This document shows positions 19,025 to 28,553 of a stretch of DNA of 64,000 bases, piece by piece (position 1 is the first letter of the stretch; each line of letters opens with the position of its first letter). The stretch covers positions 3,700-67,699 of the forward strand of contig CAKZZO010000063.1 in NCBI GenBank assembly GCA_937885175.1. The letters run 5' to 3'. Position numbers and translations under genes: made by a program. The notes below the pieces were generated by a model, which was not told where the DNA came from, did not search any database, and was given only the letters and a program-made list of their open reading frames with translations. This DNA is from an uncultured Treponema sp. (GTDB lineage: Bacteria; Spirochaetota; Spirochaetia; Treponematales; Treponemataceae).

Positions 19025-19761
19025 CCGATAAAAATACCCAGGCGGGCAGGGAAGCACAAGACACGCTTTCATTATATTCTGAAAACTTTCTGCCTCATTT
19101 TGCAAGCATTGAACATCATGCGCCGGAGGATATTGAAGCGTCCAGCATGAAGACGATTGCCGCAGAGCTTTCTGCAAAAGGGCTTTCTGTTCCTGAGGAA
19201 ATTCGCCCCATAGTCTTTCGGGCAATTCATGCCAGCGCGGATTTTGACTATGCGGAAAACCTCGTTTTTTCGGAGGGGCTGCTGCCATTGGCATATGACT
19301 TACTTTTACAAAAGCCTGTCATCGTCACTGACACAAATATGGCACTGGCAGGCATTAACAAGGCGGCCTGTGCCGGACTGGGCATAGAAAGTCATTGCTT
19401 TATGGCAGACGAAGACGTGGCGGCGGCAAGTCGAAAGAGCGGACTCACCCGTGCTGTTTGCAGCGTGGACAAGACGGCCCGTCTTTTTGGAGCGGAAAGC
19501 GGAAAAAGTCTTCTGCGTCCAGTCATTTTTGCCTGCGGAAACGCGCCTACGGCCTTGGTACGCCTTCGGCAGTTGCATGACGCAGGCATTTTTTCTCCTG
19601 CTCTTGTTATTGGACTTCCCGTTGGCTTTGTAAACGTGGTCGCCGCCAAGGAACTGATTCTGCAAAGTCACATCCCTCATATCGTCATGCGTGGCCGTAA
19701 GGGCGGCTCCACCATTGCGGCGGCCATTTTAAATGCACTTTTATATTGCGTGAAGGCATAA
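19021..19761 (+). CDS. cbiC: Precorrin-8X methylmutase (CbiC/CobH)
   Basis: 246 aa from TTG 19021, overlapping the cobO stop (TTGA). PEDIEASSMKTIAAEL, RAIHASADFDY and ACGNAPTAL blocks typical of CbiC. The exact start is uncertain. Confidence 0.8.
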   Translation: MTDKNTQAGREAQDTLSLYSENFLPHFASIEHHAPEDIEASSMKTIAAELSAKGLSVPEEIRPIVFRAIHASADFDYAENLVFSEGLLPLAYDLLLQKPVIVTDTNMALAGINKAACAGLGIESHCFMADEDVAAASRKSGLTRAVCSVDKTARLFGAESGKSLLRPVIFACGNAPTALVRLRQLHDAGIFSPALVIGLPVGFVNVVAAKELILQSHIPHIVMRGRKGGSTIAAAILNALLYCVKA

Positions 19762-19795
19762 GTCATGGTATGCTGAATTTTATTGGAGGTGGCTT

Positions 19796-20386
19796 ATGAG
19801 ACGATATTCCAGATTGGCAATCGTGGTTTCTCACATCAGTTCTGATGATGCACTGACTCCAGAAAATGATGTCGTGCGGTTGACTAATGGAAACACCGCC
19901 GTTGAAGTTTCTGATTTTGAGAATGCACTTCATATGCTGCCTCCTGGCAGTGAAGTCGCAGTGGTTGCACAAGGAACGGTAGGCAATACGACGGTGCACA
20001 ACATAAGCCGCATCATTCGCGAAAGCAATGTATTTGTAACGCTTGATTTATCTGCGGTGACGGAACTTTCCCGTGTTTTCGAAAGTTCTTTTCAGGAGAA
20101 TCCCCAACTTCTGGCCATGCATTTTCCCAGCAACTTGCTTTCGATAAATCCTCATGCCTTTGCAGGATGCAGTGCCCTTTCTTCTGTCATCATTCCTGCA
20201 AGTGTCATGCAGATTGGGGCTCAGGCTTTTGGCGGATGCCTGCAACTGCACCACTTGGAATTCAAAAATCCCATCGGCTGGAAACACGATGGAAAAGCCG
20301 TTGAGGAACTTGTCTCTCCCTTTGAGAATCCTGCAAAATTTGTTTTTGAGGACAGTCCTTTCTTTAATTGTGAACTTACCAGATAG
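19796..20386 (+). CDS. BspA-type leucine-rich-repeat domain protein
   Basis: 196 aa. The C-terminal half has LRR_5-like units (HAFAGCSALSSVIIPASVMQIGAQAFGGCLQL). No obvious signal peptide. Confidence 0.6.
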   Translation: MRRYSRLAIVVSHISSDDALTPENDVVRLTNGNTAVEVSDFENALHMLPPGSEVAVVAQGTVGNTTVHNISRIIRESNVFVTLDLSAVTELSRVFESSFQENPQLLAMHFPSNLLSINPHAFAGCSALSSVIIPASVMQIGAQAFGGCLQLHHLEFKNPIGWKHDGKAVEELVSPFENPAKFVFEDSPFFNCELTR

Positions 20387-20389
20387 CAT

Positions 20390-20426
20390 AAAAAGGGGCT
20401 GCCCAATACATACAGCCCCTTTTTTT
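20390..20426. terminator. Bidirectional rho-independent terminator between convergent genes
   Basis: AAAAAGGGGCTG - 11-nt loop - CAGCCCCTTTTTTT. Lies between the LRR gene (+) and greA (-). Confidence 0.65.
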
Positions 20427-23252
20427 CTAGAGTTTTGCCAGTTTAATTGACTTTACGCTGAACTTGTAGGCATGGCCATTAATTTCAAAGTCCAAGTCTT
20501 CGCCAACTTTGTGATCCAGCAGTTCGTTTCCGAAAGGAGACATGTATGAGATAACACCCTTGTCGGCATCTGATTCCCAAGGTCCCAGAATCGTGTACTT
20601 TTCTTCCTTGTTGGTGTCCTTGTTGAGCAGGGTGACAACGGTGCCGAAAGAAATGTAAGATGTGGTTGCCGTTGTGGGGTCGAAGATAACTGCGCGTGCA
20701 AGTTCGCCCTGCAGCTGAGCCAGTTTCTTGTTCAGGTAGTGCTGGTGTTCCTTTGCTGCCTGATATTCTGCGTTTTCCTTTAAGTCGCCCTTTGCGCGAG
20801 CCTCGGAAACTTCCTGTGCATTCTGAGGAATCTGTACTTCGGACAGGTCCTTGAGTTCTGCTTCTTTTTCCACTTTCTTTGCCTGAGTAACCAGCATCCC
20901 CTTGGGAGAAGCAGAGCGTTCCTCGGTTTTGTGGAACTTGTAGTCGGGGTATTTTTCCAGAATCTTGTTGCGGAGCAGGGCTTTTTTGCTGCCGTCCAAG
21001 TCTGCAATGTCATCTACCAGTGTGTACATGTGAGTCATTACGGATTCAGGGCTTTCCAGCATGAAGTTAATCAGAGTGCCGTCATCAAAGAGGAGTTTTT
21101 CTGCATTCTTGATGATTTTCTTGTTCTCCGTAGAATCCACGTGGCTGTTGATTTCGCGGTAGGCGTGGGCGATGATGTTCAGCAGGGCAATCAACTGCTT
21201 CTGGAGCGGGATGTCAACTTCCTTGAACCAGTCTTCATTGCGGCTGTTTTCAAAGAAATAAAGGATGGCGTTGCGGTAGCCACGGAAGTCGTCAAATGCG
21301 GCTGCAAGCAGGGCCTTTACTCTGTCTACGTGATTTTCTGCAATCAGCGTATCAAGCATCTTCTTTTCCAGAACCGTGGGGAAGAGCATGATGTACTGGT
21401 CAACCCAGTCAGGCAGGGTCTTGATGTTTGAAAGATAATCTTCACGCAGAGAGGTGTTCTTTGTATCCTTGAGTTCCAGATACATAGCCTTGGGATTGTC
21501 AATGCGGCGATACAGTTTGTCAAAGGTGTATCTTGTTGACGGAGCAAGGCTGGGATATTTTGCGATGATTTTCTGTACAACCAGATAAGAAGCCACAACC
21601 TGTTCATTTGCATCGTTTGTGGTGACGAAAGACTTTACGAATCCAGTGAAGTAGCTGAACATATCAGCAAACAAATCGCTTTCTTTTTCTGCTGCCGGGT
21701 CGTTTACATAGCGCATGAGGATGTCGATGCGGGCAAAGAACTGCTTCTGTGCCTTAAACTCATTGCTCAGCTTTTCAGACTGTGTGATTTCATGGTCGCG
21801 GACAATGTATTCGTTGATGTTGTTGGGATTGACACCGAAGGTTGCGTCAGTTTCAAGAATTTTCTTTGCCGCGCTGCTCCAGCTTGTCCATTCGCTGGAA
21901 GTGAGCAGACCCAGTTCCTTCTTTTCTTTTTCACCCTTTTTCTGGACGGTATTGACCAGTTCTGCCTTGATTTTCTTTAAGTCACAACTGTTGTCAAAAC
22001 TGCGGATGATAGTTTTGAGCGTCCATGTCTTGTCATCTTTAATCTTCTTGATGAGCAGATCACGCTTTTGCTTTGCAATCTTTGCTTTTTCTTCTTTTGA
22101 GGCACCCTTGCCAGCCTTGAGTGCGGCAAAATCAGGGTCTCCAGGAATAGACTGGGTTGCCTTGATAACCCAGATGTGGTCGTCTGCCAAGGGCTGCAGC
22201 GCGTCTACTGCCATTTTGAGGGAGATTTCCTTTACGCCTACTTTTGCACCAAAGTTGATTGACAGCATGTCGTTCACCACTTTTGTGATGACGCCTACAT
22301 GCCAGGTGCGGTGGTAGACAAAGTGATTTACGTCAAAGGCAATGTGTTTTTCAAAGTCGTTGATGGCTTCAAATACATTGCGGAAACTCTGATTCAGGTT
22401 TGAGGAACGGATGTATTCGTCTACATTGCTGTGGGAGGCGTATTTTTTCTGATAACATTCAGTGATGTTGCGGCGGGCAGCACTGTCCTTAGGATCAATG
22501 GAGAGAATGAGTTTGAGGATAGAGATGGCCGTATCCCACTTTTGACTGTCCATGTAGTATGTGCACAGGTCATCCATGAGGAGGGCACTCTTGTCTTCGC
22601 CAATGGTCTTTGCAATTTTTCTCTGCACCATCAGAAAGAAGTCGATTTCCTCAGGAATAAGTGCAACCAGCTTTGTCCATACTTCCTTGACAGAATTGTA
22701 ATTCTTGGCGTTTACGTAGCGGAGCAGGGCCTTCTTGTAGTATTCCTTGGACAGTTCGGGATTGCTGTTTTCGTAGTGAGCACCGAGGAGTTTTGCAACG
22801 TCTGCTTCCTCGAAGTCAATTTTAACCAGCGTTTCGTACAGAGCCCACTGTTCATCGTTGTCGTGCTCGCGGTAATATGCTGCCAGTGTGCGCAGGGCAA
22901 AACGGTTTGTGGCATCACGGGCAATAATGTACTGGCAGAGTTTTTCAACAATAGTATCCTTGTGGTTTTTCTGAAAAATGTCAGTGAGTGTTTCCAGTGA
23001 AGAATTGTCCAGTGCGCCTTTCTGCAGTGAGAGCATGCCTGAAATATACAGGGCGATAATACTGTCCTTTGCGTGAGAAAGCTGCTCATCACAAATCGCT
23101 TTGATTTCGTCAACGCTGCCATCGCTGATGATGTTCTCAACAAGGCTTTCAAGCTCAATCAAATTATTCTGTGTGTAATTACTGATTGTGGCACGTGTCC
23201 ATGTCTCTTCTTTCAGCATCTCCTGGACTTTTGTTACAAGTTCTTCTGACAT
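20427..23252 (-). CDS. greA: Long-form transcription elongation factor GreA
   Basis: 941 aa. The C-terminal ~155 aa are canonical GreA (GDLKENAEYQAAKEHQ...ISFGTVVTL...ILGPWESD...ISYMSPFGNELLDHKVGE). A large N-terminal extension is present, as in other spirochaete GreA proteins. Confidence 0.85.
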   Translation of the reverse strand: MSEELVTKVQEMLKEETWTRATISNYTQNNLIELESLVENIISDGSVDEIKAICDEQLSHAKDSIIALYISGMLSLQKGALDNSSLETLTDIFQKNHKDTIVEKLCQYIIARDATNRFALRTLAAYYREHDNDEQWALYETLVKIDFEEADVAKLLGAHYENSNPELSKEYYKKALLRYVNAKNYNSVKEVWTKLVALIPEEIDFFLMVQRKIAKTIGEDKSALLMDDLCTYYMDSQKWDTAISILKLILSIDPKDSAARRNITECYQKKYASHSNVDEYIRSSNLNQSFRNVFEAINDFEKHIAFDVNHFVYHRTWHVGVITKVVNDMLSINFGAKVGVKEISLKMAVDALQPLADDHIWVIKATQSIPGDPDFAALKAGKGASKEEKAKIAKQKRDLLIKKIKDDKTWTLKTIIRSFDNSCDLKKIKAELVNTVQKKGEKEKKELGLLTSSEWTSWSSAAKKILETDATFGVNPNNINEYIVRDHEITQSEKLSNEFKAQKQFFARIDILMRYVNDPAAEKESDLFADMFSYFTGFVKSFVTTNDANEQVVASYLVVQKIIAKYPSLAPSTRYTFDKLYRRIDNPKAMYLELKDTKNTSLREDYLSNIKTLPDWVDQYIMLFPTVLEKKMLDTLIAENHVDRVKALLAAAFDDFRGYRNAILYFFENSRNEDWFKEVDIPLQKQLIALLNIIAHAYREINSHVDSTENKKIIKNAEKLLFDDGTLINFMLESPESVMTHMYTLVDDIADLDGSKKALLRNKILEKYPDYKFHKTEERSASPKGMLVTQAKKVEKEAELKDLSEVQIPQNAQEVSEARAKGDLKENAEYQAAKEHQHYLNKKLAQLQGELARAVIFDPTTATTSYISFGTVVTLLNKDTNKEEKYTILGPWESDADKGVISYMSPFGNELLDHKVGEDLDFEINGHAYKFSVKSIKLAKL

Positions 23253-23265
23253 AAAATACTCCTAC

Positions 23266-24198
23266 TCACTTCATATTGTATAAAGTGTAAATCTCTCTAT
23301 CCATCATTTTTATTTTTAACAGCACTTCATTGGTCTTTTCCCTTCCGCCTTCCGTTCTGACGTAATGGTCAATCAACCAGAAATACCTATTTATCAGTTT
23401 TGGCGTCAGCGTCTTTAGGTTGCTGGAGGGATTTCGCAGTTCATTTTCCGCTGCAAAAATATCCTGCTTTAACTTTCCAACTTCCTGGCTTCTCAGCTGC
23501 CGCTTTATCGAAAAGACCCCGTAGAGTACTCCGTACACCGGAATCCATTCGTTCAGTTCTTCTCCCGTATATTTTTTTTCTTCCACCTGACGAATCAGAA
23601 CCCGAATGAGCTCACTGTCCAGCAGAGCCAGGTCAATTGCCTGGGCATCAATAAAAAATGCTTCCCGAAAGAGGAGCTTTGCATTTTTTTCTTCGCCACA
23701 GAGGGCATAGCAGTCTGCCATTTCCGCAATAATCGGAGCGGAGAGAGGACAGCATTTGTTTGCCGTGGTCAGGCACTGCAGTGCGTCCATGTAATTGCCC
23801 AGTTTTTTGTAGCAAAAGCCGATTTTACGGTAGACTTCCGCCTTCTGGTCGCCGTCACATTCATCCTGCAGCAACTCATAGCTTTGCTGTGCCAGCGTAA
23901 AGATGCCCTTGTCTGTTGCGTACACAGCCCGCTCAGGAATGGAACGATAGCGTTTCATCTCCGTGTGAAATGTTTTCCAGCGGGAAATAAGGCCTTCTCC
24001 TCTTTCAAACATATCCAGGGTTGGCAGTTTCTGAATATATTCTGCCCAGTAGTTACAGCACCATACGGCAAATTTTAATTCAGCGTTGTCCAAGTCGTAC
24101 TGAAGGGAATCCACCAGCTCTTTTTTTGCCAGTGCAGGCTTGCCTTCTGCCAGGAGCGCATATGCTTTTGTTAATCCTTCTTCCGACTGAAAACCCAT
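23266..24198 (-). CDS. TPR-repeat protein, co-transcribed with greA
   Basis: 310 aa with repeated TPR-like helices (YRKIGFCYKKLGNYMDALQCL...). Its stop is 13 nt upstream of the greA start. Confidence 0.6.
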   Translation of the reverse strand: MGFQSEEGLTKAYALLAEGKPALAKKELVDSLQYDLDNAELKFAVWCCNYWAEYIQKLPTLDMFERGEGLISRWKTFHTEMKRYRSIPERAVYATDKGIFTLAQQSYELLQDECDGDQKAEVYRKIGFCYKKLGNYMDALQCLTTANKCCPLSAPIIAEMADCYALCGEEKNAKLLFREAFFIDAQAIDLALLDSELIRVLIRQVEEKKYTGEELNEWIPVYGVLYGVFSIKRQLRSQEVGKLKQDIFAAENELRNPSSNLKTLTPKLINRYFWLIDHYVRTEGGREKTNEVLLKIKMMDREIYTLYNMK

Positions 24199-24418
24199 AG
24201 CGTATAAAATCTATTATATCAAACGGAGGATTTTAGTCAATAGAACTGAATTTTTTGTAAAAAGGGGGAATAGTTTATAATGAGTTTTTTAAAATATGTC
24301 AATACCTTGTTTTTATTGCTTAAAAAAAGTCAGCGGTGTGCTGTTTTGTCTGACTTTTCTCCCGCGATGGGAAATAGTTTACAATATATTGCTTCCTTGG
24401 TATACTTATATGTCTACT

Positions 24419-25051
24419 ATGAAAAAGCCTTTATTGTCTCCGTCCCTGCTTTCTGCGGATTTTGCAAACCTCGCCTCAGCCATTGCGCTTGTTGAAGAAA
24501 AAAAAGCGGGTGCCCTGCATGTTGATGTTATGGACGGTCAGTTTGTTCCTCAAATTTCTTATGGACAGCCAGTCATTCAGTCTGTGCGTCGGCTTACCTC
24601 CCTTCCTTTTGATGTGCACCTGATGGTGGAAAAGCCGGAGCTGATGGTGGAATCCTTTGCAAAGGCGGGAGCCGACTGGATTACCTTTCACTATGAGGCG
24701 ACAGTGCATATCCACCGCCTGATCCAGCAGATTCATGCCATGGGAAAGAAGGCTGGCATTTCCATTGTTCCTTCCACGCCGGTGCGGGTGCTGGACGAAA
24801 TTCTGGCAGACATTGACTTGGTGCTGGTGATGACGGTCAATCCTGGTTTTGGCGGACAGGCTTTAATTCCTTCTTGTGTCAATAAAATCTCCCAACTTGC
24901 CGATATTCGTAAAGAGAAAGGATATGATTTCCTTATTTCTGTAGATGGCGGCGTAAATGACAAGACCGTGGATTCCGTGCTTCAGGCGGGGGCGGACATT
25001 GTTGTTTCAGGCTCGGCATTTTTTAACGGCTCGCTCAAGTGGGAGTTTTAG
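24419..25051 (+). CDS. rpe: Ribulose-phosphate 3-epimerase
   Basis: Starts at MKKPLLSPSLLSADFANL (ATG 24419; 24410 is also possible). HVDVMDGQFVP, FDVHLMV, MTVNPGFGGQ and VDGG blocks. The track start at 24296 is an unlikely extension. Confidence 0.9.
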   Translation: MKKPLLSPSLLSADFANLASAIALVEEKKAGALHVDVMDGQFVPQISYGQPVIQSVRRLTSLPFDVHLMVEKPELMVESFAKAGADWITFHYEATVHIHRLIQQIHAMGKKAGISIVPSTPVRVLDEILADIDLVLVMTVNPGFGGQALIPSCVNKISQLADIRKEKGYDFLISVDGGVNDKTVDSVLQAGADIVVSGSAFFNGSLKWEF

Positions 25052-25053
25052 GT

Positions 25054-26043
25054 ATGAAGAAAAATCGGTTGGTGCTGTGTATCAGCGTACTGGCAGTCTT
25101 GATTATGCTTCCGGGCTTTTCGCAAAAGGTTTCCTCGCCAGTTTCCGAGGCGGATACCCTTGTTTCTGGCTATGAGGCCTATCGCAATGAAGACTGGACC
25201 AGTGCCATGTTCTTTTTCAGAAAAGCGGTGTCGGTTTCTGGCGGCGTAACGGATGAGACCTGGTTTATGCTGATTATGAGCGAAATGTATGCCGGTGAGT
25301 TTAAGTCTGCGCTGGGAGATTGCGATGTCTTTATGCACAAGTATCCCTACAGCATGTATCTTCCCCACATTCAGTATCAAAAGGGCAGGTGCCAGCACTT
25401 CCTGCATCAGAACGAAGCCGCTGTCCTTACCCTCAGTGATTTCTGCCATCAGTATCCCGACCATGAACTCTATGCCTCAGCCTTGTATTGGATTGCCGAA
25501 TCTTTTTATGCTGAATACAATTACAATTCTGCCCGCGGTTTGTATGAGCGCATTGTCATGGATTATCCCCACGACACAAAGGTTGGGGCGGCGCAGTACC
25601 GCATTGATGCCATTGACCAGAAAAGTCGGGAAGAAAAACTTTTGTATCTGCTCAAAGTGACTGGAGAGGAAAACCTTGCCGCAAGAGAAGAATATGAACG
25701 GCAGCTCAAGCTCTTTGAAGCGGAAGACAAACTGGGACTGCACCAGCAGCTTGATGATGCCCGCAAGCGGATTCAGATGCTGGAGTTGGAACTGGATGCC
25801 CGCAAAAAGACCCCCGAAACGGCTTCTGCAGGCGGTGTGCTTGACTTTAACACTGCTGAGGCAAAGACTGGACAGAATGGGTCCGAATATACGGGAACAG
25901 GCTCCTACTATTCCACACCCTTTGCCCCTGTCATTCAGGCGCGTGGCGACGGGGATCCAGAGGTGGAGGCCTTAAAGCGCAAGGCCCGCCAGTTGCAGTA
26001 CATGATGATTGAAGAACAGCGAAATGAGGGGGATGCAAAATGA
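25054..26043 (+). CDS. Secreted TPR protein (BamD/YbgF-like) with coiled-coil tail
   Basis: ATG 25054 follows immediately after the rpe stop. Signal peptide MKKNRLVLCISVLAVLIMLPGFS; TPR-like repeats (YWIAESFYAEYNYNSARGLYERIVMDYPH). Family assignment is tentative. Confidence 0.55.
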   Translation: MKKNRLVLCISVLAVLIMLPGFSQKVSSPVSEADTLVSGYEAYRNEDWTSAMFFFRKAVSVSGGVTDETWFMLIMSEMYAGEFKSALGDCDVFMHKYPYSMYLPHIQYQKGRCQHFLHQNEAAVLTLSDFCHQYPDHELYASALYWIAESFYAEYNYNSARGLYERIVMDYPHDTKVGAAQYRIDAIDQKSREEKLLYLLKVTGEENLAAREEYERQLKLFEAEDKLGLHQQLDDARKRIQMLELELDARKKTPETASAGGVLDFNTAEAKTGQNGSEYTGTGSYYSTPFAPVIQARGDGDPEVEALKRKARQLQYMMIEEQRNEGDAK

Positions 26044-27317
26044 TAAGGCGCAGATTTTCTTTGCCACTTGCCGTACTCTGTCTCTTTTTGACGGCAGGTT
26101 CTTCTCTTCTTGTGGCCCAGACTGATGCTCCTGTAACGGAAGAAACTACAGAACGTCCCCAGCCCAAACTTTCGCCCGAAGAAATTGAAGAAAGGGAAGA
26201 GATTCGCAGGGAGCTGGAGGCTGCAAAAAAAGCCGATGAAAAACGCCGTGAGCGTGAAGTTACGGATAAATATCTGGGTGTAGTGTATACGCCGGAAAAA
26301 AGCTGTACGCTTGAAAGCGGAAAAGTCCGGGTCGTCCTCAAAAAAAAGACTGGCTCCTTTAACATCTATGCCATTGACTCAAAAAAGAAAGCCATTCCTA
26401 TTTTTGCATCGAATGACGGATTCCGCTCCACCTATTTTTCCCTGCTCATTGGAAAACGCGAATATCGCTTGAATCAGGCTTCCCGAATTTCTGCCCAGGT
26501 GCGTCAGCGTGACGAAGGCGCGCAGTTGGCCTATCGTCTGGAAAAGGACTTGCAGATTGTATTGGATTTTTCAATTCATGCCTCGATTGCCGGTGCGGAA
26601 GACGATATTGTAAAAGTTACGGTGTATACAACAAATTTGACAAAAAATCGCCAGGTGCTGGCCCTAAAAGCAGTCTTTGATACGGTTTTGGGAGAAAACC
26701 TGCTCTATCATTTTGTCACTTCGGCAGGGCAGAAAATTACTTCCGAGCGGCAGATTATTTCTTTTGAGAAGGAAAAATACGTCATCTCCACAAATTCAAA
26801 GACTTCGGCGCAGTTTTTGCTGACGGGAAAATCAATTCCTACGCCTCAGACCATTTCCTTTGCCAACAGGGATGTGATTGAACATTCTCTCTGGACACCA
26901 GTCATTCGGGAAGAAAGGGGATTCAGTACGGCTCTTACCTATAACAATTCCGCCATGTGCGTAAACTGGCCCTATTATGCTGTTGAGCCGGGGGAAACGA
27001 CTTCCTTTAACTTCTACATTTGTCTTGCAACCGATGGAGATACGCCAAAAGGAACGGAATTCCTGGATTCTCTGGTGGATGATGCCCGCACGGTGGAAAC
27101 GTTCTCCGCAAACGAGATTATCGTACATAAGCCTGAGGTTGATTTTGTCGTGGCTCCCATTACCGAAAATCAACTTGACCCTGAATATATTCAGAACTTG
27201 ATTGACCGAATCAATGCCCTCAATTCTGATCCAAAAGTCGTAGACCGGACGGAAGTGCGGCAGTTGAATGCGGAACTTGATGCAATTCTTGAAAGGTTGA
27301 GGCGGATGAAGCAATGA
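26040..27317 (+). CDS. Secreted protein of unknown function
   Basis: 425 aa with a signal peptide (LAVLCLFLTAGSSLLVAQ). ATGA overlap with the upstream gene, and the downstream gene overlaps it in the same way. Confidence 0.6.
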   Translation: MIRRRFSLPLAVLCLFLTAGSSLLVAQTDAPVTEETTERPQPKLSPEEIEEREEIRRELEAAKKADEKRREREVTDKYLGVVYTPEKSCTLESGKVRVVLKKKTGSFNIYAIDSKKKAIPIFASNDGFRSTYFSLLIGKREYRLNQASRISAQVRQRDEGAQLAYRLEKDLQIVLDFSIHASIAGAEDDIVKVTVYTTNLTKNRQVLALKAVFDTVLGENLLYHFVTSAGQKITSERQIISFEKEKYVISTNSKTSAQFLLTGKSIPTPQTISFANRDVIEHSLWTPVIREERGFSTALTYNNSAMCVNWPYYAVEPGETTSFNFYICLATDGDTPKGTEFLDSLVDDARTVETFSANEIIVHKPEVDFVVAPITENQLDPEYIQNLIDRINALNSDPKVVDRTEVRQLNAELDAILERLRRMKQ

Positions 27318-28420
27318 GAAAGTCTGCGCTGGAACAGGCAAAAGCGCTTTTGAAACGCCGGAGTTTTGCCCGTGCCCTTACCATTTTGGAGGCGGCAGAG
27401 GCAAATTACCGCGAGAGTTTTGATTATCATCTCACCGCTGGAATCGCATGTCTCTATCTGGGGATATGGGGCAGTGCGGTTTCTTACTTTCAGCAGGCAC
27501 GAAAAATCCGTGTAACGGATACCAATTTACTTTTGGCTCAGGCGGTTTTGTATTTGCGGCGGGGAGATACGGACAGGGCCCTGCAATACTATCTGGACGT
27601 GCTTGACAATGACCCGGAAAATAAAACGGCAAAAGAAGCAATGGAGTTTATCCGCACCAACGGCAACTATGAGACTATCTGCAACTGGTTTGACAGCGGC
27701 CGCATTCAGAAATTTTATCCGCCGCTGGGAGTAAATCCTTCCAAGGTGGCCCGCATTGTGCTTTCTGCAGTGGCGGGAGTTTGTGTCGGCTTGTGCATTA
27801 TCCTGCTCCTAAAACCCCAGTCCTATACTGATTCAGGAAAGCGGGCAGACTTGTCAACTCTTGCCCTCACTGCTGATGAGGCGAAGAATCTGCATGAAAA
27901 GGATTTGTCTGGAGCCGTCTACCATTATATTCTTTCTGACAGGGAAATCCGCACGGCGTATGATGATGCCCGTCAGTATTTTCAGGACTTCCGTGACAAT
28001 GCGGCCACGGTGGAAATCAACCGCATCTTGAACAGCAATGCTTCCTCTGCAGTCCGCCAAAAAGCCAGCCTGCTTTTGACCTATTTTGAAGAGCCGACTT
28101 TTGACAGTCTGACGGATAATTATTCCTATAAGCAGATTGCGGAAGACCCGGTCTTGTATCTTGGTTGCTGGGTGGCATGGTCAGGAAGAATTACCAATGC
28201 GGTGGCAGAAGACGGCTCCTACCGCTGCGATTTGCTGCTTGGCTACCAGGACTTGCAGCGGGTGGAAGGCATTGTGCCCCTCTTTTTTTCCGTTGCGCCC
28301 GTGCCTGAAATTGACGGAACGAGAAGCGTGAGAGTTCTTGCAAAAATCGGTTTGGAAAATGGAAGACTCAGTCTTTTAGGGCGATCGGTGTATCAGCCAT
28401 TGCAAAAATCCGCTGACTAG
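27314..28420 (+). CDS. TPR protein with one transmembrane helix
   Basis: 368 aa. N-terminal TPR repeats (DTDRALQYYLDVLDNDPEN), a hydrophobic helix IVLSAVAGVCVGLCIILLL, and an uncharacterised C-terminal domain. Confidence 0.6.
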   Translation: MRKSALEQAKALLKRRSFARALTILEAAEANYRESFDYHLTAGIACLYLGIWGSAVSYFQQARKIRVTDTNLLLAQAVLYLRRGDTDRALQYYLDVLDNDPENKTAKEAMEFIRTNGNYETICNWFDSGRIQKFYPPLGVNPSKVARIVLSAVAGVCVGLCIILLLKPQSYTDSGKRADLSTLALTADEAKNLHEKDLSGAVYHYILSDREIRTAYDDARQYFQDFRDNAATVEINRILNSNASSAVRQKASLLLTYFEEPTFDSLTDNYSYKQIAEDPVLYLGCWVAWSGRITNAVAEDGSYRCDLLLGYQDLQRVEGIVPLFFSVAPVPEIDGTRSVRVLAKIGLENGRLSLLGRSVYQPLQKSAD

Positions 28421-28448
28421 TATACATTATAAGAAAAATGAGATTTTT

Positions 28449-28489
28449 TTGAAAAAATGTGATTTTTTTTCAATTTTTTTGTATAAAAT
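28449..28489 (+). promoter_or_regulatory. AT-rich palindrome plus extended -10-like element upstream of recA
   Basis: TTGAAAAAA (28449-57) / TTTTTTCAA (28465-73) inverted repeat, followed by TGTATAAAAT (28480-89). Lies ~65 nt upstream of the recA start. Confidence 0.3.
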
Positions 28490-28553
28490 GCAATTTTGAT
28501 GCCTATATATAAGTGAGTGCGCGGAAAAGACGGGCGCACGGTGGGAGGAAAAG

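Noticed and set aside
21715-23000. Plus-strand ORFs of 189-200 aa opposite greA
   Set aside because: They are antisense shadows. They have no RBS or motifs, and greA covers the region completely.
24280-24495. 71-aa ORF and the long N-terminal extension of rpe (24296) in the rpe leader; also a near-duplicate GGAATAGTTTATAAT / GAAATAGTTTACAAT motif (24267-81, 24371-85)
   Set aside because: The ORF products are hydrophobic, Cys-rich nonsense, and Rpe similarity starts at MKKPLL. The duplicated motif probably reflects two -10-like promoter elements, but I cannot support a function.
28441-28490. Possible LexA/SOS box upstream of recA
   Set aside because: The dyad does not match the E. coli (CTGT-N8-ACAG), Gram-positive (GAAC-N4-GTTC) or Leptospira (TTTG-N5-CAAA) consensus. 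It is reported only as an unexplained palindrome.
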